A DNA stretch of 64,000 bases from an uncultured Verrucomicrobiae bacterium (GTDB taxonomy: Bacteria; Verrucomicrobiota; Verrucomicrobiia; Chthoniobacterales; JAATET01). The notes under the pieces were generated by a model. That model saw nothing but the letters and a program-made list of their open reading frames with translations, searched no databases and was not told where the DNA came from. Below, piece by piece: positions 1-10,464 of the stretch. Location: contig CAVRCI010000004.1 of NCBI GenBank assembly GCA_963719495.1, forward strand, positions 32,001-96,000, written 5' to 3'. How positions within the stretch are numbered: the stretch's first letter is position 1; each line of letters begins with the position of its first letter. Both the position numbers and the translations under genes were made by a program.

Positions 1-406
1 TGACCCAGCCGGAGTTGTGGTAAGCGGGAAGTGGGCGCGGTTGGGGTCCGAGTTGCGCCTTCGGGAAATGGCAGTCGTCGAAAAAGACGAAGAAGGGCCG
101 GATGCGAACGGCAGCGCAGAGGCCGAGGAACTGGTCAATGCGGGCGTAAAATCCGTCCGGATTCTCGGCCCAGACGAGGTCGTGGAGGTAGACGCGCAGG
201 GAGTTGAATCCGATGTCGGCGGCCCAACCGAGTTCGCGCTCGATCGTGGTCGGGTCGAAGGTGGATGCCTGCCACATCTCGATTTGGTTGATCGCGGTGG
301 CGGGGACGTAATTACAGCCGACGAGCCAGGGTTGCCGGTCATACCAAGCATTCGCGCGGTCGGGTGTCCAGCGGCCCGAAACCGGGGTGGGTGTCGGAGG
401 GCTCAT
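1..406 (-). CDS. GH5-like glycoside hydrolase (cellulase family), 5' part only; runs off the window edge
   Basis: Not in the ORF track. Manual translation from ATG at 406: MSPPTPTPVSGRWTPDRANAWYDRQPWLVGCNYVPATAINQIEMWQASTFDPTTIERELGWAADIGFNSLRVYLHDLVW...FDDCH...HNSGWV. The GxNY and GFNxxRVxL motifs fit GH5-type TIM barrels. The start abuts the stop of the upstream gene (407). Confidence 0.75.
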   Translation of the reverse strand, partial: MSPPTPTPVSGRWTPDRANAWYDRQPWLVGCNYVPATAINQIEMWQASTFDPTTIERELGWAADIGFNSLRVYLHDLVWAENPDGFYARIDQFLGLCAAVRIRPFFVFFDDCHFPKAQLGPQPRPLPAYHNSGWV

Positions 407-2458
407 CTACGTGAGAGATTTGGGATCGGTCGTCGGCGATTGGCAAGCGAAGTCGGCGCAGACGTAGGCGGTCGCGCGGCCGTCGACGGCGGGCATTTCG
501 GTGCTGGCGTCGTCGGCGTGGAGGATGACCTGGTGGGGGTGAAAGCGAGAGTGGGCGGCCGCGAGCATGGCCCGGGTGTCGGAGGCTTCGGGTTCCCCGG
601 CGATGACGATCTGACGCGGTGGAGCGAGGGCGAGCGCGAGCGCGGCGAGCATCTGCGGAACGGCGGTGGGTTGGTTCTCGAGAATCCCGGAGAAGCCTTT
701 GATGACCGAATGGGCTCGCTCTTCAAAGGCTTCGTCGTGCCGGGTGCGGGCGAGGCGAAGGAGGTTCCGGGCGGAGATGGCGCTGGCGGAGGGCTCCGCT
801 CCGTCGTAGTCCTCCTTCGAGCGAACGAGGACGAGCGGGTCGCCGGCTTCGCTCGCGAAGTAACCGCCGCCGGCCGGGTCGGCGAAGAGGGCGTCCTGGC
901 GCGACTGGAGCTCGGTCGCCCATTGGAGCCACTGGGAGTCGAGGGTGGACTCGTAAAGGTCGAGGAGGCCCTGGATCAGGTAGGCGTAGTCTTCGGCGAA
1001 GGCGTGGATGTCGCCGCGCTGTCCGTTGCGCCAGCTCCGGTGGAGGTGCGTGCCGTCCCAGAGGTGGGCTCGGAGAAATCCGGCGGCGGTGACGGCGCGG
1101 GCGGTGTCCGCCGGGTCGAGAAGAATCGCCCCGGCGCGGGCGAAGGCGGAGATCATGAGGCCATTCCAAGCGGTGAGAACTTTGTCGTCGAGGTGGGGGC
1201 GCGGGCGTTTTTCGCGGACTTCGAAGAGAGTCTTGTGGGCCGATTCGAACGCCGCAGTGTCGCGGCTTTCGCTCCGCTTCTCGTTGGCGGAAGTGGGGCG
1301 GAGGGTGAGAATGTTTTTCCCGGTGAATTCGCCGTGGGGATCCGCTTCGGGGGGTGTGTTGCCGCCGGGTTCGACGTGGTAGTGGTCTTTGAACGCGGCG
1401 GCTTGGTCGCCGAGGAGCGCGTCGAGCTCGGTGCCGGTCCAGACGTAGAAGGCTCCTTCGGCGTGGTCGGGCTTGCCGGGCTCGAGGAGGCTGTCGGCGT
1501 CTTCGGCGGAAAGGAATCCGCCGTCGGGGTGACTGAGGTCGCGGGCGACGTAGTCGAGGGTGTCGCGGGCGGTGTCGGCGTAAGTTTTATCCCCGGTGAT
1601 CTGGTAGGCGTCGAGGTAGCTGCCGACAAGCTGGGCTTGATCGTAGAGCATTTTTTCGAAGTGCGGGACGTGCCACTCGCCGTCGACGGAGTAGCGGTGG
1701 AAGCCTCCGCCGAGGTGGTCGTGCAGGCCGCCCGCGGCCATTTCGCGGAGGGTGTGGAGGGTGATGTCGCGGGCTTCGTTGGCGTTGGGAAGCTGGGACG
1801 CGAAGGTGCCGAGGAGGAAGTTGAAGACGGAGGGGCGGGGGAATTTGGGTCCGCCGCCGAATCCTCCGTGGGCGCGGTCGTAGGTTTGGGAAAAGGCCGC
1901 GGCGGCTCGCGTGAGGCAGGATTCGTTGGGGAGGTCGGCGTCGGGGCCGGGCTGAGTCGAAGCGGATTGGAGGGCTTCGATGACCTGGTTACCCTGGTTG
2001 ATGATGTTCGGGCGGTCGGTGGCCCAGAGTTCGGTGAAGCGCTCGAGGACGGTAACGAAACCGGGGCGGCCGTAGCGGTCGGTGGGTGGGAAGTAGGTGC
2101 CGCCGAAGAACGGTTTGCCGTCGGGGGTCAGCCAGACACTCATCGGCCAACCGCCGCTGCCGGTGGTGGCCTGGACGAAGCTCATGTAGAGGCGGTCGAC
2201 GTCGGGGCGTTCCTCGCGGTCGACCTTGATGTTGACGAAATACTCGTTGAGGACGGCGGCGACTTCGGGGTTTTCGAAGGATTCGTGGGCCATCACGTGG
2301 CACCAGTGGCAGGTGGAGTAGCCGATGGAGAGGAAGATGGGTTTTTGTTCGGTGCGCGCCTGGTCAAACGCCGCTTCGCCCCACGGTTGCCAGTCGACGG
2401 GGTTATCCTGGTGCTGGAGAAGGTAGGGTGAGGTGGTGGTGGCCAGGGCGTTGGGCAT
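407..2458 (-). CDS. Thioredoxin-domain protein, YyaL/DUF255 (SPATA20-like) family
   Basis: [43 protein letters not shown] and [13 protein letters not shown] motifs. Confidence 0.93.
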   Translation of the reverse strand: MPNALATTTSPYLLQHQDNPVDWQPWGEAAFDQARTEQKPIFLSIGYSTCHWCHVMAHESFENPEVAAVLNEYFVNIKVDREERPDVDRLYMSFVQATTGSGGWPMSVWLTPDGKPFFGGTYFPPTDRYGRPGFVTVLERFTELWATDRPNIINQGNQVIEALQSASTQPGPDADLPNESCLTRAAAAFSQTYDRAHGGFGGGPKFPRPSVFNFLLGTFASQLPNANEARDITLHTLREMAAGGLHDHLGGGFHRYSVDGEWHVPHFEKMLYDQAQLVGSYLDAYQITGDKTYADTARDTLDYVARDLSHPDGGFLSAEDADSLLEPGKPDHAEGAFYVWTGTELDALLGDQAAAFKDHYHVEPGGNTPPEADPHGEFTGKNILTLRPTSANEKRSESRDTAAFESAHKTLFEVREKRPRPHLDDKVLTAWNGLMISAFARAGAILLDPADTARAVTAAGFLRAHLWDGTHLHRSWRNGQRGDIHAFAEDYAYLIQGLLDLYESTLDSQWLQWATELQSRQDALFADPAGGGYFASEAGDPLVLVRSKEDYDGAEPSASAISARNLLRLARTRHDEAFEERAHSVIKGFSGILENQPTAVPQMLAALALALAPPRQIVIAGEPEASDTRAMLAAAHSRFHPHQVILHADDASTEMPAVDGRATAYVCADFACQSPTTDPKSLT

Positions 2459-2499
2459 GGTGGTTCTTTTTGAGTGCCGCTTCGCGGGGTTTGGATCGA

Positions 2500-2547
2500 G
2501 TCCCGGGCTGGAAGCCCGGGACGGCGAGCTAGAAGCTCGCGGTCCCC
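2500..2547. repeat. REP-like double hairpin (stem-TGGAA/TAGAA-stem followed by GGTCCCC)
   Basis: cccgggc-tggaa-gcccggg then gcgagc-tagaa-gctcgc-ggtcccc; related copies at 3666 and 27961. Confidence 0.7.
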
Positions 2548-2569
2548 GGGGCGTTGCGCGCTCGCGGGC

Positions 2570-3580
2570 TTAAAAGTCGGCTTTGAGGATTACTCGGTAG
2601 CGGGCTTGGCCGGATCTTAGGTGGTCCAGGGCTTCGTTGACCTGGGACATTTTGTAGGTCTCGGTCATGGGGGCGATCTCGTGACGGGTGCAGAATTCGA
2701 TCATCCTGCGCGTGGTGGCCGGGGAGCCGAGGGGGGAGGCACCGAAGGATTTCTGGCCGAGGATCATCGGGAAGGCGGCGAGTTCGATGGGGTTCGGGAT
2801 GGCTCCGACCGTGTGGAGTTTTCCCTTCGGGCTGAGGGCGGCGATGTAGGTCATCCAGTCGAGGTCGACGGCGACGGTGGAGAGGATGAAGTCGAACTTT
2901 CCGGCGACGGCTTCGAGTTCGGATTGGTCCTTGGAGTTCACGACTTCGTGGGCGCCGAGGGAGCGGGCTTCGTCGGATTTTTCGGGGCTGGAGCTGAAGG
3001 CGGTGACTTCGCAGCCCCATTTGTTGAGAAACTGGAGGGCGAGGTGGCCGAGGCCGCCGATGCCGATGACGCCGACTTTGTCGGTGGGCTGAACGCCGGA
3101 TTGGACGATGGGGTTGAAGACGGTGATGCCTCCGCAGAAGAGGGGGCCGGCCTTTTCCGCGTCGAGGGCGTCGGGGAGTTTGGTGGCCCAAGCCCAGTGG
3201 CAGCGGACGCTCTCGGCGAAGCCGCCGGGGCGGCCGAAGATGGTGGCTTGGACTTCGGGGCAGAGGTTGTGATCGCCGCCCATGCAGTGGTCGCAGACCA
3301 TGCAACTGCCGGAATACCAGCCCAGGCCGACGCGATCGCCGGGGGCGAGGGCGGTGACGTGGTCGCCGACGCTGGTGATCCTGCCGACGATTTCGTGGCC
3401 GGGGACGAGCGGGTATTTCGATTGGCCCCAATCGTTGTCGATCATGGACAGATCGGAGTGGCAGACGCCGCAGGTCTCGACCTTGATCTCGACGTGGGTG
3501 TCGGGGAGGTCGCCGGGGGTAAACTCGTGGGGTTGGAGAGCGGCTCCTTTCTCGGTGGCGGCGTAGGATTTGATCTTCAT
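2570..3580 (-). CDS. Zn-dependent NAD(P)H aldehyde reductase / alcohol dehydrogenase (Ahr/YjgB, CAD-like)
   Basis: CGVCHSD, GHE, structural Zn CxxCxxC...C, GIGGLGHLA. Confidence 0.92.
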   Translation of the reverse strand: MKIKSYAATEKGAALQPHEFTPGDLPDTHVEIKVETCGVCHSDLSMIDNDWGQSKYPLVPGHEIVGRITSVGDHVTALAPGDRVGLGWYSGSCMVCDHCMGGDHNLCPEVQATIFGRPGGFAESVRCHWAWATKLPDALDAEKAGPLFCGGITVFNPIVQSGVQPTDKVGVIGIGGLGHLALQFLNKWGCEVTAFSSSPEKSDEARSLGAHEVVNSKDQSELEAVAGKFDFILSTVAVDLDWMTYIAALSPKGKLHTVGAIPNPIELAAFPMILGQKSFGASPLGSPATTRRMIEFCTRHEIAPMTETYKMSQVNEALDHLRSGQARYRVILKADF

Positions 3581-3665
3581 CTCTTGAATGCTACGCCGGG
3601 GGTGGGGTTGGCGGTTGGCGGCTGGCTGCGGTGGGGGGAAGTGGCGCTTCGCGCGGTTGGTTTCG

Positions 3666-3714
3666 AGTGCCGAGCTGGAAGCTCGGCACTGCGGGCTGGA
3701 AGCCCGCGCTCCCC
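3666..3714. repeat. REP-like double hairpin abutting the sucB stop codon
   Basis: agtgccgagc-tggaa-gctcggcact and gcgggc-tggaa-gcccgc-gctcccc. Confidence 0.7.
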
Positions 3715-4838
3715 TAGCTTCCGAGGAGGAGGCGCATTGGGTTTTCGATGCAGTCTTTTACCCTTACGAGGAAGGTTACTGCTTCTTTTCCGTCGACGAC
3801 TCGGTGGTCGTAGCTGAGGGCGAGATACATCATGGGGCGGATGACGACCTGGCCGTCGCGGGCGACGGGGCGCTCCTGGATGGTGTGCATGCCGAGGATG
3901 CCGCTCTGGGGCGGGTTGAGGATCGGGGTGCTCATGAGGGAGCCGTAGACTCCGCCGTTCGAGATGGTGAAGACGCCGCCCTGGAGGTCGGGGAGGCCAA
4001 TTTTGCCTTCGCGGGCTTTGGCGGCGTAGTCGGCGAGACTTTGCTCGATCTCGGCGAAGGATTTCTGGTCGCAATCGCGGACGACGGGGACCATGAGGCC
4101 TTTCTCGGTGCCAACGGCGACGCCGATGTCGTGGTAGAGATTCGTGACGAGGGTGTCGCCTTCCATGCGGCTGTTGACGCCGGGGACCGCTTTCAGGGCG
4201 TCGACGGTGGCCTTGATGAAGAACGACATGAAGCCGAGCTTGATGCCGTGGCGCTTGACGAAGCCCTCCTGCATCGTCTTGCGGAGGGCCATGATAGCGC
4301 TCATGTCGCACTCGTTGAAGGTCGTGAGGATCGCGGCGGTTTGCTGCGCGGCGACGAGTTGGGTGGCGATCTTGCGGCGGAGGGGGCTGAGTTTTTTGCG
4401 GGTCGTTCTTGGGTCTTCGTTGCCGTGATTGGGGGAGGGGGCTTCGCCGTGACTGGTGACTGGTGACTGGTGATTGGTGGGTGAGGGTTCTGGCTGGGCG
4501 GGGGCTTTTTTTTGTTCTTCGGCCGGTTGTGGTTTTGCCGCGGGTTCCGTCTTTGGTTTGGGCTCGGCTCCGGCAGCTGCCGGATCGCCCTCCGATTTGG
4601 GGGTGCCTTCGGCGATGGTGGCGACGACCTGGCCGATTTTGACCTCTTCGCCTTCTGGGACTTGGATGGTGAGGGTTCCGGTCTCCGTGGCGTTGACTTC
4701 ACTGGAAACTTTGTCGGTTTCGAGGGTGAAGAGGATTTCTCCGGTTTCGACGTGGTCACCGTCTTTCTTGTGCCACTCGGAGAGGAGGCCGCTGGAGATG
4801 CTTTCGCCGACGGCGGGGACTTTGACTTCGGTGCTCAT
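3714..4838 (-). CDS. sucB: 2-oxoglutarate dehydrogenase E2, dihydrolipoyllysine succinyltransferase
   Basis: Lipoyl motif LETDKV, catalytic SYDHRVVDG, directly downstream of sucA; start set at MSTEVKVP (4838). Confidence 0.96.
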   Translation of the reverse strand: MSTEVKVPAVGESISSGLLSEWHKKDGDHVETGEILFTLETDKVSSEVNATETGTLTIQVPEGEEVKIGQVVATIAEGTPKSEGDPAAAGAEPKPKTEPAAKPQPAEEQKKAPAQPEPSPTNHQSPVTSHGEAPSPNHGNEDPRTTRKKLSPLRRKIATQLVAAQQTAAILTTFNECDMSAIMALRKTMQEGFVKRHGIKLGFMSFFIKATVDALKAVPGVNSRMEGDTLVTNLYHDIGVAVGTEKGLMVPVVRDCDQKSFAEIEQSLADYAAKAREGKIGLPDLQGGVFTISNGGVYGSLMSTPILNPPQSGILGMHTIQERPVARDGQVVIRPMMYLALSYDHRVVDGKEAVTFLVRVKDCIENPMRLLLGS

Positions 4839-4884
4839 GGTCGCGGAGTCGGCGGTCATAGACCGCCGCTACAGGGTCGTTTTG

Positions 4885-7641
4885 TTAAATTTCGAACGCG
4901 GTTTTGACGAGTTCGGCCTGCTGCTTTTTGTGGACGGCGGTCGAGCCGGTGGCGGGGCTGGCGGCGGCGTTGCGGCCGGCGTATTTGATTCGTTGGTCGA
5001 GGATGCGCTCGAGGTGCGGACGGATGTAGCGGGCGGCTCCCATGTTCTCCGGCTCTTCCTGACACCAAACGACGGTTTTGACGCCGGTGAAATCTTTCAC
5101 GATGCGGGAAATTTCTTCGTCGTAGAGTGGGTAGAGCTGCTCGATGCGGATGAGGAAGGTGGTGGCGGCGTTGGCCGTCTCCTGGTGTTCGAGGAGGTCG
5201 TAGTAGACTTTGCCGGTGCAGAAGATGAGGCGGTCGACCGTTTTCGGCTTTTCGGGCGTCGGGCCGGGCAGGATTTCGCTGAAGTTTGCTTCGGTGAAGT
5301 CCTCGGTGCGGCTGACGGCGCGCTCGTTTCGCAGGAGGCTCTTGGGCGTCATGATGACGAGCGGTTTGCGGTAGTCGCGGTGGATCTGGCGGCGGAGGAC
5401 GTGGAAATACTGGGCCGGGGTCGTGAGGTTGCAGACCTGGATGTTGTCCTCGGCGCAGGATTGGAGGAAGCGTTCGAGGCGGGCGCTGGAGTGCTCGGGT
5501 CCCTGGCCTTCGTAGCCGTGGGGGAGGAGCATGACGATGGAACTCGGGCGGAACCATTTCGCTTCGGCGGAAGTGATGAATTGGTCGATGATGATCTGCG
5601 CGCCGTTGACGAAGTCGCCGAATTGCGCCTCCCAGAGGCAGAGCATCTCGGGGAAGTCCATCGAGTAGCCGTAGTCGAAGCCGAGGACGGCGTATTCGGA
5701 GAGCGGGCTGTTGTAGACGCAGAATTTCGCCTGGTCGTCCGAGATGTGGTTGAGGGGAATGTAGCGCTCGCGGGTCTCTTCGTCGTAGAGGACGCTGAGG
5801 CGCTGGCTGAAGGTGCCGCGGCGACTGTCCTGGCCGGAGAGGCGGACGGGGCTCTTCTCGGCGAGGAGCGAGCCGAAGGCGAGGGCCTCGGCGTAGGACC
5901 AATCGTAGGGACCACCTTCTTCCCAAACCTTGAGGCGGCGGTCGAGGAGGATGCGCTGGAGCTTCTTGAGGACCTTGAAGTCTTCGGGAACGTGGGAGAG
6001 GGCTCGGACGACTCTCTCCAGGGAGTCGGTGGTGATGGCCGTGTCGACGGGGGCGTGCGAGTAGGCGGGCTGGTAGACCGCGGTGGAGCCTCGGAGTTTG
6101 TCCTCCTTGGATTTGGCGCTGCCGTTCTTCTCTTTGACTTCGCTCTGGGCGGCTTCGAGCTCGGAGATCGTCTCGGCTTTGATCTTCTCGATGTCCGCTT
6201 TCGAGATGGTTCCGAGTTTCTCGATTTCGGCGGAGAACTTCTCGCTCAGGAGCGGGTGCGCTTTGATTTTGTTGTAGAGACCGGGCTGGGTGAAGGACGG
6301 TTCGTCGAGTTCGTTGTGGCCGTGGCGTCGGTAGCAGTAGATGTCGACGACGGCGTCGCGGCCGAATTCCTGGCGGAACTCGAGGGCGATGCGGGTGGTC
6401 TCGATGACGGCGAGCGGATCCTCGCCGTTGACGTGGAAGATCGGGGCTTCGACGATCTTGGCGATGTCGGTGCAATACATCGTCGAGCGGCCGTCGGCGG
6501 GGAGGGTGGTAAAGCCGATCTGGTTGTTGACGACGATGTGGACGGTGCCGCCGGTGCTGTAGCCCGGGAGTTGCGACATGTTGAAGACTTCGGCGACGAC
6601 GCCCTGGCCGATGAAGGCGGCGTCGCCGTGCACGAGGACGGGGACGGCTTTTTTCCGCTTGTCGACGTCGCCGAGCAGACGTTGGCGGGCGCGGGCCTTG
6701 CCTTGGACGACGGGGTCGACCGCTTCGAGGTGCGAAGGGTTGGCGGCGAGGTTGATCGAAACTTCGTAGCCGGAGGGGAGGGCGCGGGAATTCTGGTAGC
6801 CGAGGTGGTATTTGACGTCCCCGCTGCCGCCGACGGAATCCGGGACGTAGTTTTCGGAGAATTCGTTGAAAATCGTGGCGAGCGGTTTGTCGAGAAAGTT
6901 GGCGAGGACGTTGAGGCGGCCGCGGTGGGCCATGCCCATGATGATCTCCTGAATGCCGTGGCGCTCGCAATCGTCGAGGATGGCGTCCAGCGCGAGGATG
7001 AGGGCTTCGCCGCCCTCGAGGGAGAATCGCTTGTTGCCTTGGTAGCGGGTGTGGAGGAATTGCTCGAATTCCTCGGCTTCGAGGAGGCGGCGGAGTGCCT
7101 GGCTGTGGACGGCGGGGTCGCTTTGATCCTCGGAGGAGCGGTTCTCGATCTTGTCACGCACCCAATTGCGAACCTTCGGATTCTGGATGTGGATAAATTC
7201 CGTGCCGACGGTGCCGCAGTAGATCGCTTTCAGCTGGGCGATCATTTCGTCGAGCTTCATCTCCTTGCCGTCACGGAAGAAACGGGAGGAGACGGTCGAG
7301 CCGGGGTCGATCTGATCGAGGCCGAGTTCCTTGAGAGTCAGGAGGGGGTTATCGGGGGGGGCGTCGCTGAGCGGGTCGAGGTGGGAGATCGAGTGGCCGA
7401 GCGTGCGGTAGGCGTAGACGAGCGCGTCGACGCGGGTGTCGAGCGAGCCTCCGCTGGTGGGGGGGGCGGAGGCGGCGGTCTTGGGGGCGCCGTTGCGTTC
7501 GATGGGCTTGGCGCAACCGAGTTCGAATCCCTCGAAGAAATTGCCCCATTCGGCGTCGACGGAGTGGGGATTTTCGCGCCAGCGTTCGTAGTTTTCGTCG
7601 ATGAGCGCCTCGTTCCATCGGGCGGTGAATGAACTCTTCAT
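4885..7641 (-). CDS. sucA: 2-oxoglutarate dehydrogenase E1
   Basis: KRFSLEG, GMAHRGRLNVL, GDVKYHLG, HGDAA, LWEAQFGDF, GPEHSSARLER. Confidence 0.98.
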   Translation of the reverse strand: MKSSFTARWNEALIDENYERWRENPHSVDAEWGNFFEGFELGCAKPIERNGAPKTAASAPPTSGGSLDTRVDALVYAYRTLGHSISHLDPLSDAPPDNPLLTLKELGLDQIDPGSTVSSRFFRDGKEMKLDEMIAQLKAIYCGTVGTEFIHIQNPKVRNWVRDKIENRSSEDQSDPAVHSQALRRLLEAEEFEQFLHTRYQGNKRFSLEGGEALILALDAILDDCERHGIQEIIMGMAHRGRLNVLANFLDKPLATIFNEFSENYVPDSVGGSGDVKYHLGYQNSRALPSGYEVSINLAANPSHLEAVDPVVQGKARARQRLLGDVDKRKKAVPVLVHGDAAFIGQGVVAEVFNMSQLPGYSTGGTVHIVVNNQIGFTTLPADGRSTMYCTDIAKIVEAPIFHVNGEDPLAVIETTRIALEFRQEFGRDAVVDIYCYRRHGHNELDEPSFTQPGLYNKIKAHPLLSEKFSAEIEKLGTISKADIEKIKAETISELEAAQSEVKEKNGSAKSKEDKLRGSTAVYQPAYSHAPVDTAITTDSLERVVRALSHVPEDFKVLKKLQRILLDRRLKVWEEGGPYDWSYAEALAFGSLLAEKSPVRLSGQDSRRGTFSQRLSVLYDEETRERYIPLNHISDDQAKFCVYNSPLSEYAVLGFDYGYSMDFPEMLCLWEAQFGDFVNGAQIIIDQFITSAEAKWFRPSSIVMLLPHGYEGQGPEHSSARLERFLQSCAEDNIQVCNLTTPAQYFHVLRRQIHRDYRKPLVIMTPKSLLRNERAVSRTEDFTEANFSEILPGPTPEKPKTVDRLIFCTGKVYYDLLEHQETANAATTFLIRIEQLYPLYDEEISRIVKDFTGVKTVVWCQEEPENMGAARYIRPHLERILDQRIKYAGRNAAASPATGSTAVHKKQQAELVKTAFEI

Positions 7642-7647
7642 GGGTGG

Positions 7648-8175
7648 CTAGTGGCGCGAATACGGCGGCGGCTTCAGCTTGGTGCGTCGGGGGAGAGTGG
7701 GGCATTCGTCCGAGGACCGCAAGGGGAGTTTGGAGGAATTCCCGGGGGGCGGGGTGGTATGAACCGAGGACATGGGTGACAGATTGACCGAGGACGTGGG
7801 TGACAGTTCAGGGTGGTGAATGCCCTGGGAAAACAATCGCTGGCGGCGGGAAAACTGCGACATCACGAATGGGTCGCCGAAGAGCTCGAACAGCTCGACG
7901 CTGAGGATGGAATCGTGGATCGGACGTCCGATGTGACGTCGCCCCCAAGTCAGGGTGTCGAATTGGACCTGGCCGCCAAATTTCACGATCGGCTCGAGTG
8001 AATTCACGATCGTCTGAATTGTGTTGGGATCCGTGACTTCCAGGACGACGTCCACGTCAGTCGTGGCGCGGGGAAGGCCAAAGTAATTGAAGGCGACGGC
8101 CCCGGTTAACATGTAAGCAGACTCGCTGCTTTCGCAGGCGTCGATTACGGCATTTGCCAAATCTTCGACCGTCAT
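7648..8175 (-). pseudogene. Nucleotidyltransferase toxin-like gene (DUF1814/AbiEii/MenT-like), apparently 3'-truncated
   Basis: GAVAFNYFGLPRATTDVD NTase motif. After about residue 118 the frame runs into a tandem repeat and low-complexity sequence, and no C-terminal K..R.KD..D-type motif is present. Confidence 0.6.
7757..7808. mobile_element. Isolated IS481-like terminal remnant (two 20-bp direct repeats)
   Basis: accgaggacatgggtgacag (7763-7782) and accgaggacgtgggtgacag (7787-7806), 24-bp period. Resembles the repeated TGTCACCCATGTCC subterminal motif I recall from IS481-family ends. No transposase nearby. Confidence 0.5.
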
Positions 8176-8459
8176 CGTGTCGGCGGTTCCGACGTGTAGA
8201 ACTGATGGTCGCGAGCAATCGACAATCTCAAGGCACGGCGGCGGGCCTCTCGCCAGCCTAACGCGACATCAGTGGTTCCGAGTTGGTGCATTGCTCCCTC
8301 GAGATTTCGCTGCATCACCGAGTTTGTAAGGTCCAATCCCACGTTGAATCTCTTTTCGGGCGTCATCGCCCGAGCTCGGAAGACTTTTTCCCGGTAGATC
8401 GAATCGTGGATCTCCCGGAGGCCCGCGGGTGGCGTCTTGGGATGGGGCGCGTCGTTCAC
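8172..8459 (-). CDS. Small helical protein, putative antitoxin of the downstream NTase gene (MenA1/Rv0078B-like)
   Basis: 95 aa with RARAMTPEKR..GLDL; 4-bp overlap with the NTase gene; codon usage less biased than the flanking genes. Confidence 0.55.
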   Translation of the reverse strand: MNDAPHPKTPPAGLREIHDSIYREKVFRARAMTPEKRFNVGLDLTNSVMQRNLEGAMHQLGTTDVALGWREARRRALRLSIARDHQFYTSEPPTR

Positions 8460-8478
8460 GATTGGGAATCGTAGTGAA

Positions 8479-9792
8479 TCAGGTTTCCGGCGGCAAGCTG
8501 GGTGGGGTGACGAGGATTTTGTCGACCCGGAGGCGGTCCATGTCGACGACTTCGAAGTGGTGATCGGCGACGGTGACGATGTCGCCTTCGTTCGGGACCC
8601 GGCCGAGGAGTTCGCAGATGAACCCGCCGACGGTGTCGGAGCGGAGGTCGTCGTCGAGGCTGGCGGCGAGCGCGGGTAGGACGTCGGCGAGTTCGTCGAG
8701 GTCGACGAGGCCGGCGACGAGGTAGGAGCCGTCTTCGCGGCGGTGGACGCGGGTCTCCGTGGTGCGACCGAGTTCGGGGAGGTCGCCGACGATGGCTTCC
8801 GTGAGGTCGTTGAGGGTGACGAGGCCGGAGATGGTGCCGAATTCGTCGGTGACGAGGGCGAATTGCCGGTGGGAACGTTTGAGGTCTTCGAGGAGGTGGG
8901 CGGCGGATTGGAGTTCGGAGACGTAGAGCGGCTCCGTGACGAGGTCGCGGAGGGCGGCGGGGGCCTCGGCGGCGAGGTTGGCGTAGAGGCTCTTGACCGT
9001 GACGATGCCGAGGATGTGGTCGGGCGATCCGTCGCAGACGGGGAAGCGGGAGCGGTGGCTGGCGACGATTTTCCGCCAATTTTCGTCGTGGGTCGCGTCG
9101 GCTTCCAGCCAGGTCATGCTGGGGCGGGGGGTCATGATTTCGCGGACGCGGACGCGGTCGAGGGCGAGAACGCCTTCGACCATGGGGCCTTCGGAGGGGA
9201 GGAAAACTCCGGTGCGCATGCCTTCGCGGACGAGACCGGTGACTTCTTCCTCGGAAACGCCGGAGTCGGCGGTGGGCTTGATGCCGGCGAGCCGGAGAAG
9301 TCCGTCGGTGGAGATGCTGAGGAGCGCGACGATGGGTCGCATGGCGGTGGCCAGCGTGCGCATCGGGCGGGCGGCCGTGCTGGCCAGGGCTTCCGGGTGG
9401 AGGAGTCCGATGCGCTTGGGGACGAGCTCGCCGATGACGAGGGTGAAGAACGTGAGGAGGGCGACGACGACGATGAAGGCGGCTTCGGTGGCGACGGGGG
9501 CCAGAAAGGGAATGGCTTCGAAGCCGGTCGCGAGTTCGGCGGCGAGGGTGGCTCCGCCGAAGGCTCCGGCGAAGATGCCGATGAGGGTGATGCCGATCTG
9601 AACGGTCGAGAGAAATTGGTTTGGGCTTTCCGCGAGAGCGAGAGCGGCGACGGCTCCGGCGTCGCCGGCTTCGGCCCGGGCGCGGAGGCGATTCTTTCGC
9701 GACGAGACGACGGCGATCTCGGTCATCGCGAAGACGCCGTTGAGGACGAGCAGGATGAAAAGCAGCCCGAGCTCGAGGGCGATGGTCGTCAT
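8479..9792 (-). CDS. CNNM/CBS/CorC-HlyC domain protein (hemolysin family)
   Basis: NGVFAMTEIAVVSSR, FLSTVQIGIT, GELVPK, CBS pair (VTDEFG), C-terminal CorC domain; 4-bp overlap with mrpG. Confidence 0.93.
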   Translation of the reverse strand: MTTIALELGLLFILLVLNGVFAMTEIAVVSSRKNRLRARAEAGDAGAVAALALAESPNQFLSTVQIGITLIGIFAGAFGGATLAAELATGFEAIPFLAPVATEAAFIVVVALLTFFTLVIGELVPKRIGLLHPEALASTAARPMRTLATAMRPIVALLSISTDGLLRLAGIKPTADSGVSEEEVTGLVREGMRTGVFLPSEGPMVEGVLALDRVRVREIMTPRPSMTWLEADATHDENWRKIVASHRSRFPVCDGSPDHILGIVTVKSLYANLAAEAPAALRDLVTEPLYVSELQSAAHLLEDLKRSHRQFALVTDEFGTISGLVTLNDLTEAIVGDLPELGRTTETRVHRREDGSYLVAGLVDLDELADVLPALAASLDDDLRSDTVGGFICELLGRVPNEGDIVTVADHHFEVVDMDRLRVDKILVTPPSLPPET

Positions 9793-10139
9793 GGCCGTGG
9801 GGGCGTCCGTGGGGTCGGCGGATCCTTCAACTCGTCGATGATGGTGTGATCCCAGAGGGGCGTTCCCCGGCGGTAGGCGGCGCGCCCGAGGACGTGCGCC
9901 GCGACCGGCGCGGTGATGAAGACGAAGGCGATGGTGAGAATGGCTTTCGTCGTAATGCCGAGATCCTGGAAGTGCAGGCTGGCTCCGGCCAGGAGCAAGG
10001 CAACGCCGAGCGACGCGCCTTTGGTGGAGGCGTGCATGCGGGTGAAGACGTCGGGCATGCGGAGGATGCCGAGGCCCGCGAGAAACATGAGGAAGGTCCC
10101 GAGGGTCAGGAGAATGACGATGGCGGCGGTGAGTGCCAT
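9789..10139 (-). CDS. mrpG: Mrp/Mnh Na+/H+ antiporter subunit G
   Basis: GILRMPDVFTRMHASTK, TAPVAAH; start reassigned to MALTAAIV (10139). Confidence 0.93.
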   Translation of the reverse strand: MALTAAIVILLTLGTFLMFLAGLGILRMPDVFTRMHASTKGASLGVALLLAGASLHFQDLGITTKAILTIAFVFITAPVAAHVLGRAAYRRGTPLWDHTIIDELKDPPTPRTPPRP

Positions 10140-10168
10140 GTTTTTGGTTATTGGTCTTTGGTTGTTGG

Positions 10169-10435
10169 TTATTCGCTGATGCCTCGTTCGAGGCTGAGGG
10201 CGAGGGCGACGGTGCCGAGGAAGGTGATGAGCGCGAGGGCCAGGGCGACGTCGAGGAAGAGGGAAACGCCGGTGGCGATCGCGACGAGCACGAGTGCGCC
10301 CACGGCCATGATGGCCATGGCGTCGAAGGCCAGCACGCGGTCGGGCAGCGTCGGGCCGAGAATCAGGCGGATGAACGCGAGGATCATGCCGACGGAGAGG
10401 AGGGCGGTCAGGATCCAGGCGGTGGTGGTTAGCAT
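10169..10435 (-). CDS. mrpF: Mrp/Mnh antiporter subunit F
   Basis: RLILGPTLPDRVLAFD, FLGTVA. Confidence 0.92.
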   Translation of the reverse strand: MLTTTAWILTALLSVGMILAFIRLILGPTLPDRVLAFDAMAIMAVGALVLVAIATGVSLFLDVALALALITFLGTVALALSLERGISE

Positions 10436-10464
10436 TTTGGATTGCGGATTGCGGATTGGGGGCG

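Noticed and set aside
17..7632. Long antisense ORFs (17-2431, 4474-7632, and similarly 15470-17590, 42996-45086, 48677-51991)
   Set aside because: Shadow frames of real genes in high-GC DNA; no motifs and biased composition
7763..7806. Mini-CRISPR or iterons
   Set aside because: Two units with a 4-bp spacer and no cas or rep gene; an IS-end remnant fits better
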